From: Silanimonas sp.
Lineage (GTDB): Bacteria > Pseudomonadota > Gammaproteobacteria > Xanthomonadales > Xanthomonadaceae
NCBI RefSeq assembly: GCF_018334015.1
Contig: NZ_JAGXTI010000002.1
Strand: one strand, 5' to 3'
Length of the DNA: 64,000 nucleotides
In this document: positions 49,827 through 62,128 of the stretch, one piece after another
Numbering within the stretch: position 1 is the stretch's first letter
How the letters are laid out: the number at the start of each line of letters is the position of its first letter
Position numbers and translations under genes: made by a program
The notes under the pieces: model-generated
The model's database searches: none
What the model was told of the DNA's origin: nothing
What the model saw: the letters and a program-made list of their open reading frames with translations, nothing else

Positions 49827-50600
49827 TCAATCGAAGCGCAGGTGCTTGACCGACTTGCCGTGACGGCGCACCAGCTTCAGCGCCTCGATGCCGACGCGGA
49901 TGTGGTTCTCGACGAAATTGCTGCTGACCACCTGGTCGGAGGCCTCGGTCTTGACCCCTTCCGGGATCATCGGCTGGTCGGACACCAGCAGCAGGGCCCC
50001 CGAGGGCAGGCTGTTGGCGAAACCGGCGGCAAACACCGTGGCGGTCTCCATGTCGATGGCCATGCAGCGTAGCCGGCGCAGGTACTCCTTGAAGGCCTCG
50101 TCGTGCTCCCAGACGCGGCGGTTGGTGGTGTAGACCGTGCCGGTCCAGTAGTCGAACTCGAGGTCGCGGATCATGGTCGACACTGCGCGCTGCAGGGCGA
50201 AGGCCGGCAGCGCCGGCACCTCAGGCGGCAGGTAGTCGTTGCTGGTGCCCTCGCCGCGGATCGCGGCGATCGGCAGGATCAGATCGCCCAGCTGGTTTTT
50301 CTTCTTCAGACCGCCGCACTTGCCGAGGAACAGCACGGCCTTCGGGCCGTAGGCGCCGAGCAGGTCCATCACGGTGGCGGCGTTGGCGCTGCCCATGCCG
50401 AAATTGATCATGGTGATGCCGTCGCTGGTGGCGCTGGGCATCGGCCGGTCGCGACCCACCACCTCGGCGCCGGTGAGCCGGGCGAACACCTCGAGGTAGC
50501 CACCGAAATTGGTCAGCAGCACGTGCGCGCCGAAGTGCTCCAGCGGCACGCCGGTGTAGCGCGGCAGCCAGTTGGCGACGATCTCGTGTTTGTCTTTCAT
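49827..50600 (-). CDS. AMP nucleosidase-like nucleoside phosphorylase (short form, PNP_UDP_1 fold)
   Basis: Starts MKDKHEIVANWLPRYTG and contains FGMGSANAATVMDLL, FLGKCGGL and MAIDMETATVFA. ATG at 50598-50600. Confidence 0.7.
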   Translation of the reverse strand: MKDKHEIVANWLPRYTGVPLEHFGAHVLLTNFGGYLEVFARLTGAEVVGRDRPMPSATSDGITMINFGMGSANAATVMDLLGAYGPKAVLFLGKCGGLKKKNQLGDLILPIAAIRGEGTSNDYLPPEVPALPAFALQRAVSTMIRDLEFDYWTGTVYTTNRRVWEHDEAFKEYLRRLRCMAIDMETATVFAAGFANSLPSGALLLVSDQPMIPEGVKTEASDQVVSSNFVENHIRVGIEALKLVRRHGKSVKHLRFD

Positions 50601-50739
50601 GCAGGCTCCCGCGCCGTGTCGATCGGTCGATTCTGCCATGCCGGCCAGCGCGCGAGGGCGACATCGGCATGACTTCTGACCCCCTTGGAGCGCGACCGCC
50701 ATCCGGCTAGGGTAGAGCCTGTTTTCGCCGGAGCCCGCG

Positions 50740-52104
50740 ATGCCCTCGCCAGCCTTTCGACCCAGCCTGCTCGCCGGCCTGCTGGCCCTCGCCCTCGGCA
50801 GCGTTGCCGATGCCCGTACGCCGGTGCTCGGCGACGACCCCTACCCCAGCACCTACCGACCGGTGCCCGCCGGCCCGGTGCTGATCCGCAACGCCACCGT
50901 ACTGATCGGCGACGGCTCCCGGATGGACGGCGCCGATGTGCTGTTCCGGGATGGCGAGATCCGCCGGGTCGGTCGCGACCTCGATGCCCCCGCCGGTGCC
51001 ACGGTGATCGAGGCCGAAGGGCGCTGGGTCACGCCCGGCCTGATCGACGTGCACTCGCACCTCGGCGTGTTCCCCGCGCCGGCCCTGGACGCGCACCAGG
51101 ACGTGAACGAGATGACCAACCCGATCACCGCGCAGGTCTGGGCCGAGCACGGCATCTGGCCGCAGGACCCGGGCTTCGCCACGGCCTTGGCCGGTGGCGT
51201 GACCTCGCTGCTGGTCCTGCCGGGCAGCGCCAACCTGATCGGCGGGCGCAGCATCGTGCTCAAGAACGTGCCCGCCGAAACCTACCAGGCGATGAAGTTC
51301 CCCGGCGCGCCCTGGAGCCTCAAGATGGCCTGCGGTGAGAACCCGAAGCGGGTCTACGGCCAGCTCCGCAACGTCGCCCCGATGACCCGCATGGGCAATG
51401 TGGCGGGCTACCGCAACGCCTTCATCGACGCCCGCGAATACCTCGAGAAACTCGACGACGAGGAGCCGCCCAAGCAGGACCTGCGGCTGGAGACCCTGGC
51501 CGCCGCCATGACCGGCGAGATCAAGGTCCAGGTGCACTGCTACCGCAGCGATGAAATGGCGATCATGCTCGACTTGGCCGAGGAGTTCGGCTTCCAGATC
51601 GCTGCCTTCCATCACGCCGTCGAGGCCTTCAAGATCGCCGACCAGATGGCCGAGGCCGGCACCTGCGGCGCGCTCTGGGCCGACTGGTGGGGCTTCAAGG
51701 CCGAGGCCTGGGATTCGATCCCGGAGAACCTGCTGCTGGTCGAGCGCGGCGGCGGCGGTACCGGCTGCGGCATCGTCCATTCCGATTCACCCGAGGGCAT
51801 CCAGCGCCTCAACCAGGAAGCCGCCAAGATGATCGGCACGGCGCGCCGCATCGGCATCGAGATCAGCCCCGAGCACGCCATCCGCTGGATCACCCAGAAC
51901 CCGGCCCGGGCCATGGGCATCCTCGACCAGACCGGCACGCTCGAACGCGGCAAGATGGCCGACGTGGTGCTCTGGAACCAGAACCCCTTCAGCGTCTACG
52001 CCCGCGCCGACAAGGTCTGGATCGACGGCGCCCTGCTGTTCGACCGCAACGATCCGACCCGCCAGCCCGTCTCCGACTTCCTGCTCGGCAAGGACCATTA
52101 CTGA
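50740..52104 (+). CDS. Secreted amidohydrolase-family metallohydrolase
   Basis: Signal peptide, then VTPGLIDVHSHLG (HxH metal motif). 454 aa. Confidence 0.8.
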   Translation: MPSPAFRPSLLAGLLALALGSVADARTPVLGDDPYPSTYRPVPAGPVLIRNATVLIGDGSRMDGADVLFRDGEIRRVGRDLDAPAGATVIEAEGRWVTPGLIDVHSHLGVFPAPALDAHQDVNEMTNPITAQVWAEHGIWPQDPGFATALAGGVTSLLVLPGSANLIGGRSIVLKNVPAETYQAMKFPGAPWSLKMACGENPKRVYGQLRNVAPMTRMGNVAGYRNAFIDAREYLEKLDDEEPPKQDLRLETLAAAMTGEIKVQVHCYRSDEMAIMLDLAEEFGFQIAAFHHAVEAFKIADQMAEAGTCGALWADWWGFKAEAWDSIPENLLLVERGGGGTGCGIVHSDSPEGIQRLNQEAAKMIGTARRIGIEISPEHAIRWITQNPARAMGILDQTGTLERGKMADVVLWNQNPFSVYARADKVWIDGALLFDRNDPTRQPVSDFLLGKDHY

Positions 52105-53444
52105 TGCGCCCGCTGACCCAGCTCGCCGGTGCCATCGCACTGGCCCTCGCCGCCGCCCTGCCGGTGCAGGCGGCCTCCGTGTTCATCGACAACGCCCGCG
52201 TCCACACCGCCGGACCGGCGGGCACGCTGGCCAAGGGCGACGTGCTGGTGCGCGACGGCGTGATCGCCGCCGTCGGCCCGGAGCTGACCGCCCCGGCCGG
52301 CGTCACCCGCATCGACGCCGGCGGCCAGCCGCTCACACCGGGCCTGTTCGCCGGGCTGACCGCGCTGGGCCTGGTCGAGATCAATGCCGAAGCCAGCACC
52401 GTGCACAACGTCTTCGGCGCGCCGATGCCGCACGACCACAACGCCGAGACACGCTGGCGGCCGGAGTTCGACGTGACGCCGGCCTTCAACCCGCGCTCCT
52501 CGGTGATCCCGGTCAACCGCAAGGAGGGCCTGACCTTCACCGCGCTCACCCCGGCCGCCCTGCGCGAGGGCAGCTTCATCACCGGCCAGGGCGGCGTGGT
52601 GCGCCTCGACGGCAGTTGGGACGGCGTGCTGGCCGGTGGCGACACCCTCTACATCGACCTGCGCTCGAGCGCGGCCGAGGGCGCCGGCGGCAGCCGCGCC
52701 AGCATGTACATGCTGCTCGATCAAGCCATCCGCGAGGCCCGTCCGGCGCCTTCGCCGATGATGATGGCCGCCCTGCCGAGCCATGGCCTGCTCACCCCGG
52801 CCGGCCGCGACGCGCTCTCGCGCTACCTGCGCGGCGGGCGCGTGGTGTTCTTCGTCGATCGCGCCGCCGACATCCTGCAGGTGCTGGCCCTGGCCCGCCG
52901 CCACGGCTTCCAGCCGGTGCTGGCGGGGGCCACCGGCGGCTGGAAGGTGGCCGACCGCATCGCCGCCGCCGGGGCCACGGTCATCGTCGATCCGCTGCAG
53001 AACCTGCCCAGCACCTTCGACCAGATCGGTGCCCGCATGGACAACGCCGCCCTGCTGCGGCGGGCCGGCGTGCCGGTGGTGATCTCGCAGTTCGATGACC
53101 TCGGCACCCACAACGCCCGCAAGATCCGCCAGTTGGCCGGCAATGCGGTGGCCCACGGCCTGCCCTGGGAGGACGCGCTCCGCGCCATCACCGCCGAGCC
53201 GGCCCGCACCTTCGGCGTGGGCGACCGCATCGGCAGCATCGAAGTCGGCAAGCGCGCCGACCTCGTGCTCTGGAACGGCGATCCGCTCGAACTGACCAGC
53301 ACGCCCACCGCCGTCCTGATCGACGGCATCAACCGGCCGCTGGTGTCGCGCCAAAGCCTGCTGCGCGACCGCTACATGGGGCCGCCCGGCCCGTTACCGC
53401 GGCAGTTTCCCAACGCCACCGGGGCCGGCACGCGAAGCGAATGA
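52104..53444 (+). CDS. Secreted amidohydrolase-family protein (paralogous partner; degenerate metal motif)
   Basis: Signal peptide MRPLTQLAGAIALALAAALPVQA. Has an amidohydrolase-like N-terminal barrel (VLVRDGVIAAVG...LTPGLFAG) but no obvious HxH. ATGA overlap with the upstream paralogue. Confidence 0.65.
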   Translation: MRPLTQLAGAIALALAAALPVQAASVFIDNARVHTAGPAGTLAKGDVLVRDGVIAAVGPELTAPAGVTRIDAGGQPLTPGLFAGLTALGLVEINAEASTVHNVFGAPMPHDHNAETRWRPEFDVTPAFNPRSSVIPVNRKEGLTFTALTPAALREGSFITGQGGVVRLDGSWDGVLAGGDTLYIDLRSSAAEGAGGSRASMYMLLDQAIREARPAPSPMMMAALPSHGLLTPAGRDALSRYLRGGRVVFFVDRAADILQVLALARRHGFQPVLAGATGGWKVADRIAAAGATVIVDPLQNLPSTFDQIGARMDNAALLRRAGVPVVISQFDDLGTHNARKIRQLAGNAVAHGLPWEDALRAITAEPARTFGVGDRIGSIEVGKRADLVLWNGDPLELTSTPTAVLIDGINRPLVSRQSLLRDRYMGPPGPLPRQFPNATGAGTRSE

Positions 53445-53556
53445 CGCCGAAGGCGAGCGAAAGCTTCGCCACCGTGCGGGGGGCCTTCCGAGCGCTGTGG
53501 GCGCACCCGCACGATGGCGCGCCGCTGCCCGGCGAACAGGGCATCGCGCCGACCGG

Positions 53557-55050
53557 CTAGCCCAGGCGTCGCCAGCCACCCAGCCCCTCGAAACGCGCCA
53601 GCGCGATTCGCGCCCACGCCGTGGCGTCGTGGGCCGCCACGTGCGCGCGCATCGCCGCCATCCGTTCGCGCCGTTCGCCTTCGGCCATGTCGATCGCGGT
53701 ATCGATGGCTTCATCCATCCGGCTCATGCTGTAGGGATTGGTGAGGACGGCCTGCGGCAGCTCCACCGCGGTGCCGGCGAACTCCGACAGCACCAGTATG
53801 CCGTCGCCATCGACCCGTGCCGCCACGTACTCCTTCGCCACCAGATTCATGCCATCACGAAGCGGCGTGATCCAAGCGATGTCGGCGGCACCGTAGGCGG
53901 CCACCACTTCCTCGAAGGGCATCGGCCGGGTGGAAAGCACCACCGGCGTCCAGTCGAGGCGGCCATGACGGCCGTTGATGTGCCCGACCAGCTGTTCGAT
54001 CTCGCGCTGCACCGCCTTGTAGACGACCATGCCGTCGGCCGCCGCCGCCGCGACCAGCAGCAGACGCACCCGCCCCTGCAGCTCGGGACGGCGCTCGAGC
54101 AGCCGCGCGAAAGCTTCGAGCTGCTGGCGGATGCCCTTGACGTAATCGACGCGGCCGATGGAGAGGATGCGCAGACCGTCACCCAGCTCGGTGGCGATGC
54201 ACTGCGCGCGGTCGCGCACGTCGTCGCGCCGCGCCACGTCGGCGATGTAGGACGCCGGTACCGAGATCGGCCAGCTGTCGATGTCGATGCTGCGATCGCC
54301 GAGGCGCAGCCTCGCGGGCCGTCGCCGCTCCGACAGCGCTTGCCCGAGCGCGCCCATCCACGGCTCGACGGGCACTTCCTCGACTTCGACGGCACCACGC
54401 AGCGCCTCGGCAAGCTGGCAGAAATTGCGCGCGTAGCGCGGAATGTGGAAGCCGATCTGGTCACAGGCGAGCAGCGAATCGAGGATCTCGTCACGCCACG
54501 GCAGCATCGCGAACAGGTCCGGCGACGGGAACGCGGTGTGGTGGAAGAAGGCGATGCGCAGGTCCGGCCGCCACTCGCGGATGAAACCCGGTGCCAGCCA
54601 GAGGTTGTAGTCGTGCAGCCACACCACCGCACCCGGCGCGGCGGCGTCGCAGGCCGCCCGCGCGAAGCGGCGGTTGACTTCGCGGAACACCGCCCAGCGC
54701 GTGTTGTGGGTGGCGTAGTGGCCCGGCGACGAGTTGATGACGGGCCACAGCGCCTCTTTCGAGGTGACGTGGTAGAACTGCGATACCTCCTCGGTGGACA
54801 AGGGCACGCGCACCACCTGGTAGTCGCAGCGTCCGCCGCGGATCCGCACCACATCGGTGGCGCGGGCTTCCGAGGTCTTGCCGTGATGGCGCGTCCACGC
54901 CACCCAGCGCGCATCGTCCACATGCTCGAAGAAGCCGCGCAGGATCGGGATGATGCCGTTCGGGCTGCGGTGCTCGCGGTACTCCACGCCGCCCTCGACC
55001 ACCACCTCCTCGAAGGGCTGGCGGTGGTAGACGATGACCAGGCCGCTCAT
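53557..55050 (-). CDS. ggpS: Glucosylglycerol-phosphate synthase
   Basis: Collinear by eye with cyanobacterial GgpS ([87 protein letters not shown]). GT20 family. Confidence 0.85.
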   Translation of the reverse strand: MSGLVIVYHRQPFEEVVVEGGVEYREHRSPNGIIPILRGFFEHVDDARWVAWTRHHGKTSEARATDVVRIRGGRCDYQVVRVPLSTEEVSQFYHVTSKEALWPVINSSPGHYATHNTRWAVFREVNRRFARAACDAAAPGAVVWLHDYNLWLAPGFIREWRPDLRIAFFHHTAFPSPDLFAMLPWRDEILDSLLACDQIGFHIPRYARNFCQLAEALRGAVEVEEVPVEPWMGALGQALSERRRPARLRLGDRSIDIDSWPISVPASYIADVARRDDVRDRAQCIATELGDGLRILSIGRVDYVKGIRQQLEAFARLLERRPELQGRVRLLLVAAAAADGMVVYKAVQREIEQLVGHINGRHGRLDWTPVVLSTRPMPFEEVVAAYGAADIAWITPLRDGMNLVAKEYVAARVDGDGILVLSEFAGTAVELPQAVLTNPYSMSRMDEAIDTAIDMAEGERRERMAAMRAHVAAHDATAWARIALARFEGLGGWRRLG

Positions 55051-55784
55051 GCCACCGCGCCTGGCCGCGCGGCGTGCATCGCCTGCAGTGCCGGCAGAAT
55101 GGCCCCGGCCCCGGGCGGCACCGCGCGCTCGACGTTCGGCAGGTCGGCCACGCGCGCCAGCAGTGCCTCTTCGCTGCCGCCGACCGCAACGCCACGCAGG
55201 CCAACCTGGAACAGCGCCAGGTCGTTCATGGTGTCGCCGGCGACCAGCGTTCGCCCGCGCGGCAGGCCAAGCGCGTCCAGCAGGCGCAGCAGTGTCGTGC
55301 CCTTGTTCACCCCGTGCGGCAGCACGTCGAAGTAGCGCCCCGCCGAGGCCAGCGGATCGAAGCCGGCCTCGCGCACGACCGCCCCGAGCACATCGAGCGG
55401 CACGCATTCGTCGTAGAAGTAGGACAGGCGACGTCCCTCCACCACCGGCTGCGGCTCGAGAGCCGGGAATTCGCGCGCCAAGCGCGCGGCAAGCCGTGCC
55501 GCGGCGTCCGAGCGCCAGCGCATGTCCAACCATTCTTCGACATCGGGATGCGGCGCCCACGCCGGTCCGAGCAGCGCCGAGGTTCCGACGTTCGCAACGA
55601 GGTGGTCCGGCTGCAGTGGGAGGGACTCCAGCACATCGCGCATCGTCGTCAGGCTGCGCCCGGTGACGTAGATCAGGGTGATGCCGGCGCGACGCTCGGT
55701 GATCCACGAATACAGCGCATCGCGCTGCGCATCGCTTCCACCGAGGAAGGTGCCATCGAGGTCGGTGGCGAGGATCGTGGTCAT
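55047..55784 (-). CDS. HAD-IIB phosphatase, probable glucosylglycerol-phosphate phosphatase
   Basis: DLDGTFL (motif I), VTGRS (motif II) and GDTMNDL (motif IV). ATGA overlap with the ggpS start. The substrate is inferred from context only. Confidence 0.65.
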   Translation of the reverse strand: MTTILATDLDGTFLGGSDAQRDALYSWITERRAGITLIYVTGRSLTTMRDVLESLPLQPDHLVANVGTSALLGPAWAPHPDVEEWLDMRWRSDAAARLAARLAREFPALEPQPVVEGRRLSYFYDECVPLDVLGAVVREAGFDPLASAGRYFDVLPHGVNKGTTLLRLLDALGLPRGRTLVAGDTMNDLALFQVGLRGVAVGGSEEALLARVADLPNVERAVPPGAGAILPALQAMHAARPGAVA

Positions 55785-56851
55785 TCGGGCTCCTTGGTGC
55801 TGGAAGCGGTATGCACGTGCAGCGTGCGGGTCGGTAAGGCGAAGCTGATGCCGGCCTCGACGAAGCGCCGCAGCAGCGCGAGGTTGATGGCCTGCTGGAC
55901 GTCCATGAACACCCCGTAGTCGGGCGAGACGACCCAGTAGACGACTTCGAAGTCGAGGCTCGATTCACCGAACGCAACGAAATGCGCGCGGTCGAAACGG
56001 ACGCCGTCGAGAGCTTCGATGACTTCGCGCACCATGGCGGGCACCGCGGCCACCTGATCGGCCAGCGTGGCGTACTCGATCCCGAAGCGGAAGGCCACGC
56101 GTCGCTCGCGCATCAGGCGGAAGTTCCGAAGCCGGGCCTGCGTCAGGTCGGCGTTGCCGAACACGATCACTTCGCCGTCAAGGCTGCGCACGCGCGTGGT
56201 CTTGATGCCGATGTGCTCGACCGTGCCGTTCATGCCGTCGACGATGATGAAGTGGCCGACTTCGAAGGGCTTGTCGAACAGGATCGCGAAATAGGCGAAC
56301 AGATCGCCGAGCACTCTCTGCACGGCGAGGCCGACCGCGATGCCGCCGACGCCGAGGCCCGCGAGCAGGGTTCCGACGTCAACACCGAGGTTGTCGAGCA
56401 GGAGGATGCCGAGGAGGATCCACAACCCCGCTCTTGCGATGAAGCTCAACGCGGCGAGCCCGGTGCTGCTCCTGCCTTTCTCGTCGCATCGATCGCGAGC
56501 ATGGCGGATGGCATGGTCGATGAAAGCGGAGGCCACCAGCGCCAACTGCAATGCGGCGGCGATCCAGGCGGCAGAGCTCAGCACCTCGCGGGCGGTGCCC
56601 GCGATCAGCGGTTCCGGCAACGCCACCAGCAAGGCGAGGGGCAGGCACCAGGCCCACCGGAGCGCGCCGAGGGCATGCGCCACCGCGTCATCGAAGCCGT
56701 TTTCGGTCCGCCCCGCCCAGCGCCGGATCGCCGGCACCACGGTCGTCCGCGCGAGTCGGACCGCGCCCCACCACCCGACGGCGACCAGCAGGCCTTGGGC
56801 CAGTGCCACCATCGAAGGCCACGGGAGGGGCGCTCCCATCCACATGTCCAT
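55781..56851 (-). CDS. Mechanosensitive ion channel (MscS family)
   Basis: N-terminal TM helices, then GDLFAYFAILFDKPFEVGHFIIVDGMNGTVEHIGIKTTRVRSLDGEVIVFGN (MscS beta-domain). 4-nt overlap with the HAD gene. Confidence 0.85.
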   Translation of the reverse strand: MDMWMGAPLPWPSMVALAQGLLVAVGWWGAVRLARTTVVPAIRRWAGRTENGFDDAVAHALGALRWAWCLPLALLVALPEPLIAGTAREVLSSAAWIAAALQLALVASAFIDHAIRHARDRCDEKGRSSTGLAALSFIARAGLWILLGILLLDNLGVDVGTLLAGLGVGGIAVGLAVQRVLGDLFAYFAILFDKPFEVGHFIIVDGMNGTVEHIGIKTTRVRSLDGEVIVFGNADLTQARLRNFRLMRERRVAFRFGIEYATLADQVAAVPAMVREVIEALDGVRFDRAHFVAFGESSLDFEVVYWVVSPDYGVFMDVQQAINLALLRRFVEAGISFALPTRTLHVHTASSTKEPE

Positions 56852-56992
56852 CGAGGCAGGGTAGACGCGGCGGTCGCCCGATCCAAGTTGAAATGTTAAG
56901 ACGCGTTCAGACTAATCGCCGCCAGGCCCCGTCCTTGCCGGATGGAACATCGCGCCGCCGACGCGCACGGCAGGGCGCGCGCCGGGGCCACC

Positions 56993-59584
<2,592 letters not shown>

Positions 59585-59635
59585 GGGGCGTCTCCGAGGG
59601 GGCGGCGGCCCACGGAACGGGCCGCGATGGCTATC

Positions 59636-59664
59636 AGATGCGGATGATGGCGGGGTGATTCAAG
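59636..59664 (-). promoter_or_regulatory. Candidate sigma-32 (RpoH) heat-shock promoter of clpB
   Basis: The minus strand reads CTTGAA-15 nt-CCGCATCT, compared with the consensus CTTGAA-13..17-CCCCATnT. It lies 52-80 nt upstream of the clpB ATG. Pattern match only. Confidence 0.45.
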
Positions 59665-59682
59665 AGCGTGGAGCGCAGCTCA

Positions 59683-61188
59683 TCAGAGACCCCTGGACGT
59701 GGCGATGGCCGCTGTGCTCGTCCCGTCCTGTCCATCGCGAAGCGCCTCTTCGATGCGTTCGAACGCCGATGCGGGCACTTCGTGAGCGAACTGGTCGCGC
59801 CGTCGCTGCGACACCCTGCCTTCCTTCAATGCACCCGTCACCAGCGTGGCAAGCGTGCTGCCTCGGATGTCGAAGGCCTCGCCGACGGCACGACTGATGC
59901 GATCAAAGCGGATCAGGAAGTCCGTCTCCTGTTGGAGTTCGTGAGCCAGTGCTTGCTCGGCCATCCGGCAGCCGAACTCGACGCAGGCCGTCGCATCCCA
60001 GTAGCGGTACACGCCAAAATCCCCATCGCCCCTGTAGTCGAAGGTGTAGTTACCCTCGTCGATGTAGCCCACCCGCCAAAGCTCGCGCAGTGGCCGCGAG
60101 TAGCTGCGAAGGACCTGCATGTACTCGGCCTCATGCTTTTTCATCGCGATCGACACCGGCAGGAGGAGCCCGTTCGGCAAGGCTCCCGTCCGGCAGAGCG
60201 TCTGGTGGTAGAGGAAGCGCGACACGCGTCCGTTGCCATCCATGAACGGATGGAGAAAGACGAAGCCGAACTTGACCACCGCCGCGGCCACCAGCGGCTC
60301 GATCGCACCGGTCTGGGCGTTCGCGAAATCCATCAACTCGATCATCAATGCACCGACGATCGCCGGTGGCGGCGGCACATAGCTGACGGCGGGCGCGCCG
60401 CGTCCGGGACCTTGGAGCCAGTTCTGCTCGTGCCGGAAAGCCACCGCCCGATGGAACGGATTACTGATCGCCGCCTGCTGCAACTCGGACAAGTAATCCT
60501 CCGACAGCGGACGCTTCTCGTGCGCCTGATGCAGCAAGGCGACGAAGGCCTTGGCGCGCTCCTCCGAAGGCGTTTCACGCTCGATGGCATACGAGTTCTG
60601 TGTCTCGTCCATGTAAGCCCACGCCAGAATCCGATCGCGCAACTCACTGCCGAGTGAGGCCACGTGATCCTGCGTCCGCTGCAACACACCCGCTTCGAGC
60701 AAGGCCTTCAAGGCCGGTGTGCGCTCTACCGTGGCGCAGTAGCGGATCGAGCCGAGACCATTGAAGTCCACCCGCCATCGCGGGTTGCGAATGGCCGGGC
60801 CGGTCACGTACCGCTCGGGGTCGAACAAGGGATGTGCATGGCCCGCCGTCCCGGAGGCGTCCAGGCCCGGGCCATTGGCGGCCTCCCACAGAAACCCGAG
60901 CGCTCGCGCGTAGACGCCGGTTGGCGTGCGTCGGAGTTCATCCTGGACCTCGCTCGCCGGGATCTTGCGCATCGCCTCCATCAGGATCCCGAGTGCCGTC
61001 CCCTCGTGCTTCAGGGCAAAGAGCAGGTGCTCCAGCGGACGGTTCGAACGAGGGGCGACGTGGCTCGGCACGGCAAGATGGTCGGACAGCCGCTCCACGC
61101 GGGTCACCGGCCGAACACGAGCCGGCAACTGCGGCGGGAGGGCCGCGAGCTTCAGAACCTCGCGAACGTGGGCGTAGCCGATGGCCAT
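59683..61188 (-). CDS. fic: Fic/DOC family protein (putative AMPylase) with long N- and C-terminal extensions
   Basis: Canonical active-site motif [13 protein letters not shown] Fic_N-like segment reads NSYAIERE. Strong RBS GGAGGAAAG precedes the ATG at 61188. Confidence 0.85.
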   Translation of the reverse strand: MAIGYAHVREVLKLAALPPQLPARVRPVTRVERLSDHLAVPSHVAPRSNRPLEHLLFALKHEGTALGILMEAMRKIPASEVQDELRRTPTGVYARALGFLWEAANGPGLDASGTAGHAHPLFDPERYVTGPAIRNPRWRVDFNGLGSIRYCATVERTPALKALLEAGVLQRTQDHVASLGSELRDRILAWAYMDETQNSYAIERETPSEERAKAFVALLHQAHEKRPLSEDYLSELQQAAISNPFHRAVAFRHEQNWLQGPGRGAPAVSYVPPPPAIVGALMIELMDFANAQTGAIEPLVAAAVVKFGFVFLHPFMDGNGRVSRFLYHQTLCRTGALPNGLLLPVSIAMKKHEAEYMQVLRSYSRPLRELWRVGYIDEGNYTFDYRGDGDFGVYRYWDATACVEFGCRMAEQALAHELQQETDFLIRFDRISRAVGEAFDIRGSTLATLVTGALKEGRVSQRRRDQFAHEVPASAFERIEEALRDGQDGTSTAAIATSRGL

Positions 61189-61245
61189 CTTTCCTCCACC
61201 ACGGGTCGGATTTTTCTACATACTGCCCGGCTGGCCGGTTTTTTT

Positions 61246-62079
61246 CTACCGCCCCATCGGTGGTCGCGATGGCGGCGCGTGTCGCCACACCAAGCTCGCC
61301 ATGCGCCCCGTTCGCGCCTCGCGGCGGTGCGAGAAGAAGGCCTGCGGCTCGCCGATCGTGCAGCGTCCGCCGCCATGCACGCGGCCGACGCCCAGCGCCG
61401 CGAGCCGCCGCCGCGCCAGCGCGTAGAGATCGACCCGCCAGTGGCCGGGACGGGTGGCGACGAAGGCCGCTGCCGCGCCGGGGTCAGCATCGACGAAAGC
61501 GGCGAACACCTCCTCCCCGACCTCGTAGTTCGCCGGCCCGGCCGCCGGGCCGAGCCAAGCGATCAGGCGCTCGCCGGGCAGGCGCATCGCCGCCACCGTG
61601 GCTTCGACCACGCCCGCCGCCAACCCGCGCCAGCCGGCGTGGGCGGCGCCCAGCGCTTCGCCGTCATCGGCGCAGAGCAGCAGCGGCAGGCAGTCGGCGT
61701 GCAGCACGGCGAGCACCACACCGGCACGGCGGGTCACGGCGGCGTCGGCTTCGGGCTCAAGAGCTGCGGCTTCGGGCTCAAGGCCCACGGCCTCGCCCGG
61801 CGCGGTGTCGGCATCGGCATCGGCATCGAGCACGCGCGTGCCGTGCACTTGGCGCAACCACAGCGGCGCGGCCGGCAGCGCGAGCGCCTCGACCAGCGCC
61901 GCGCGATTGGCCCGCACGTTCGCCGCCGTGTCGCCGTTCGCCAAGCGATGACCGCCAAGGTTCAGCGTATCGAAGGGCGCGGTCGAGACGCCGAGGCCGT
62001 GGCGAAGCGTGCTACCGCCCCGCACGCCGGGCGGCGCCGGCCAATCGGCCCCGAGGAAGAAGGGCGAGCGGTCACTCAT
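61246..62079 (-). CDS. pgeF: Peptidoglycan editing factor PgeF (YfiH/DUF152, purine nucleoside phosphorylase-like)
   Basis: WLRQVHG, HADCLP and AHAGWRG. Conserved rluD-pgeF neighbourhood. Confidence 0.88.
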   Translation of the reverse strand: MSDRSPFFLGADWPAPPGVRGGSTLRHGLGVSTAPFDTLNLGGHRLANGDTAANVRANRAALVEALALPAAPLWLRQVHGTRVLDADADADTAPGEAVGLEPEAAALEPEADAAVTRRAGVVLAVLHADCLPLLLCADDGEALGAAHAGWRGLAAGVVEATVAAMRLPGERLIAWLGPAAGPANYEVGEEVFAAFVDADPGAAAAFVATRPGHWRVDLYALARRRLAALGVGRVHGGGRCTIGEPQAFFSHRREARTGRMASLVWRHAPPSRPPMGR

Positions 62080-62128
62080 GCGCCGACGCGGAACGCCGAC
62101 GCGAACGATGCAAGGGCGGCCGATCGCT

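Noticed and set aside
53557-55977. 806-aa ORF that could be read as a fused phosphatase-synthase (GgpPS-like) protein.
   Set aside because: Only the C-terminal 497 aa (from the ATG at 55050) look like GgpS. The upstream 309 aa are Arg/Ala-rich nonsense. The real HAD phosphatase is encoded in a different frame (55047-55784) with an ATGA overlap.
61223-61245. Hairpin ccggc-tg-gccgg followed by T7 on the plus strand, resembling a rho-independent terminator.
   Set aside because: No plus-strand gene ends upstream of it and the stem is only 5 bp. It is more likely part of the AT-rich fic promoter and pgeF 3' region.
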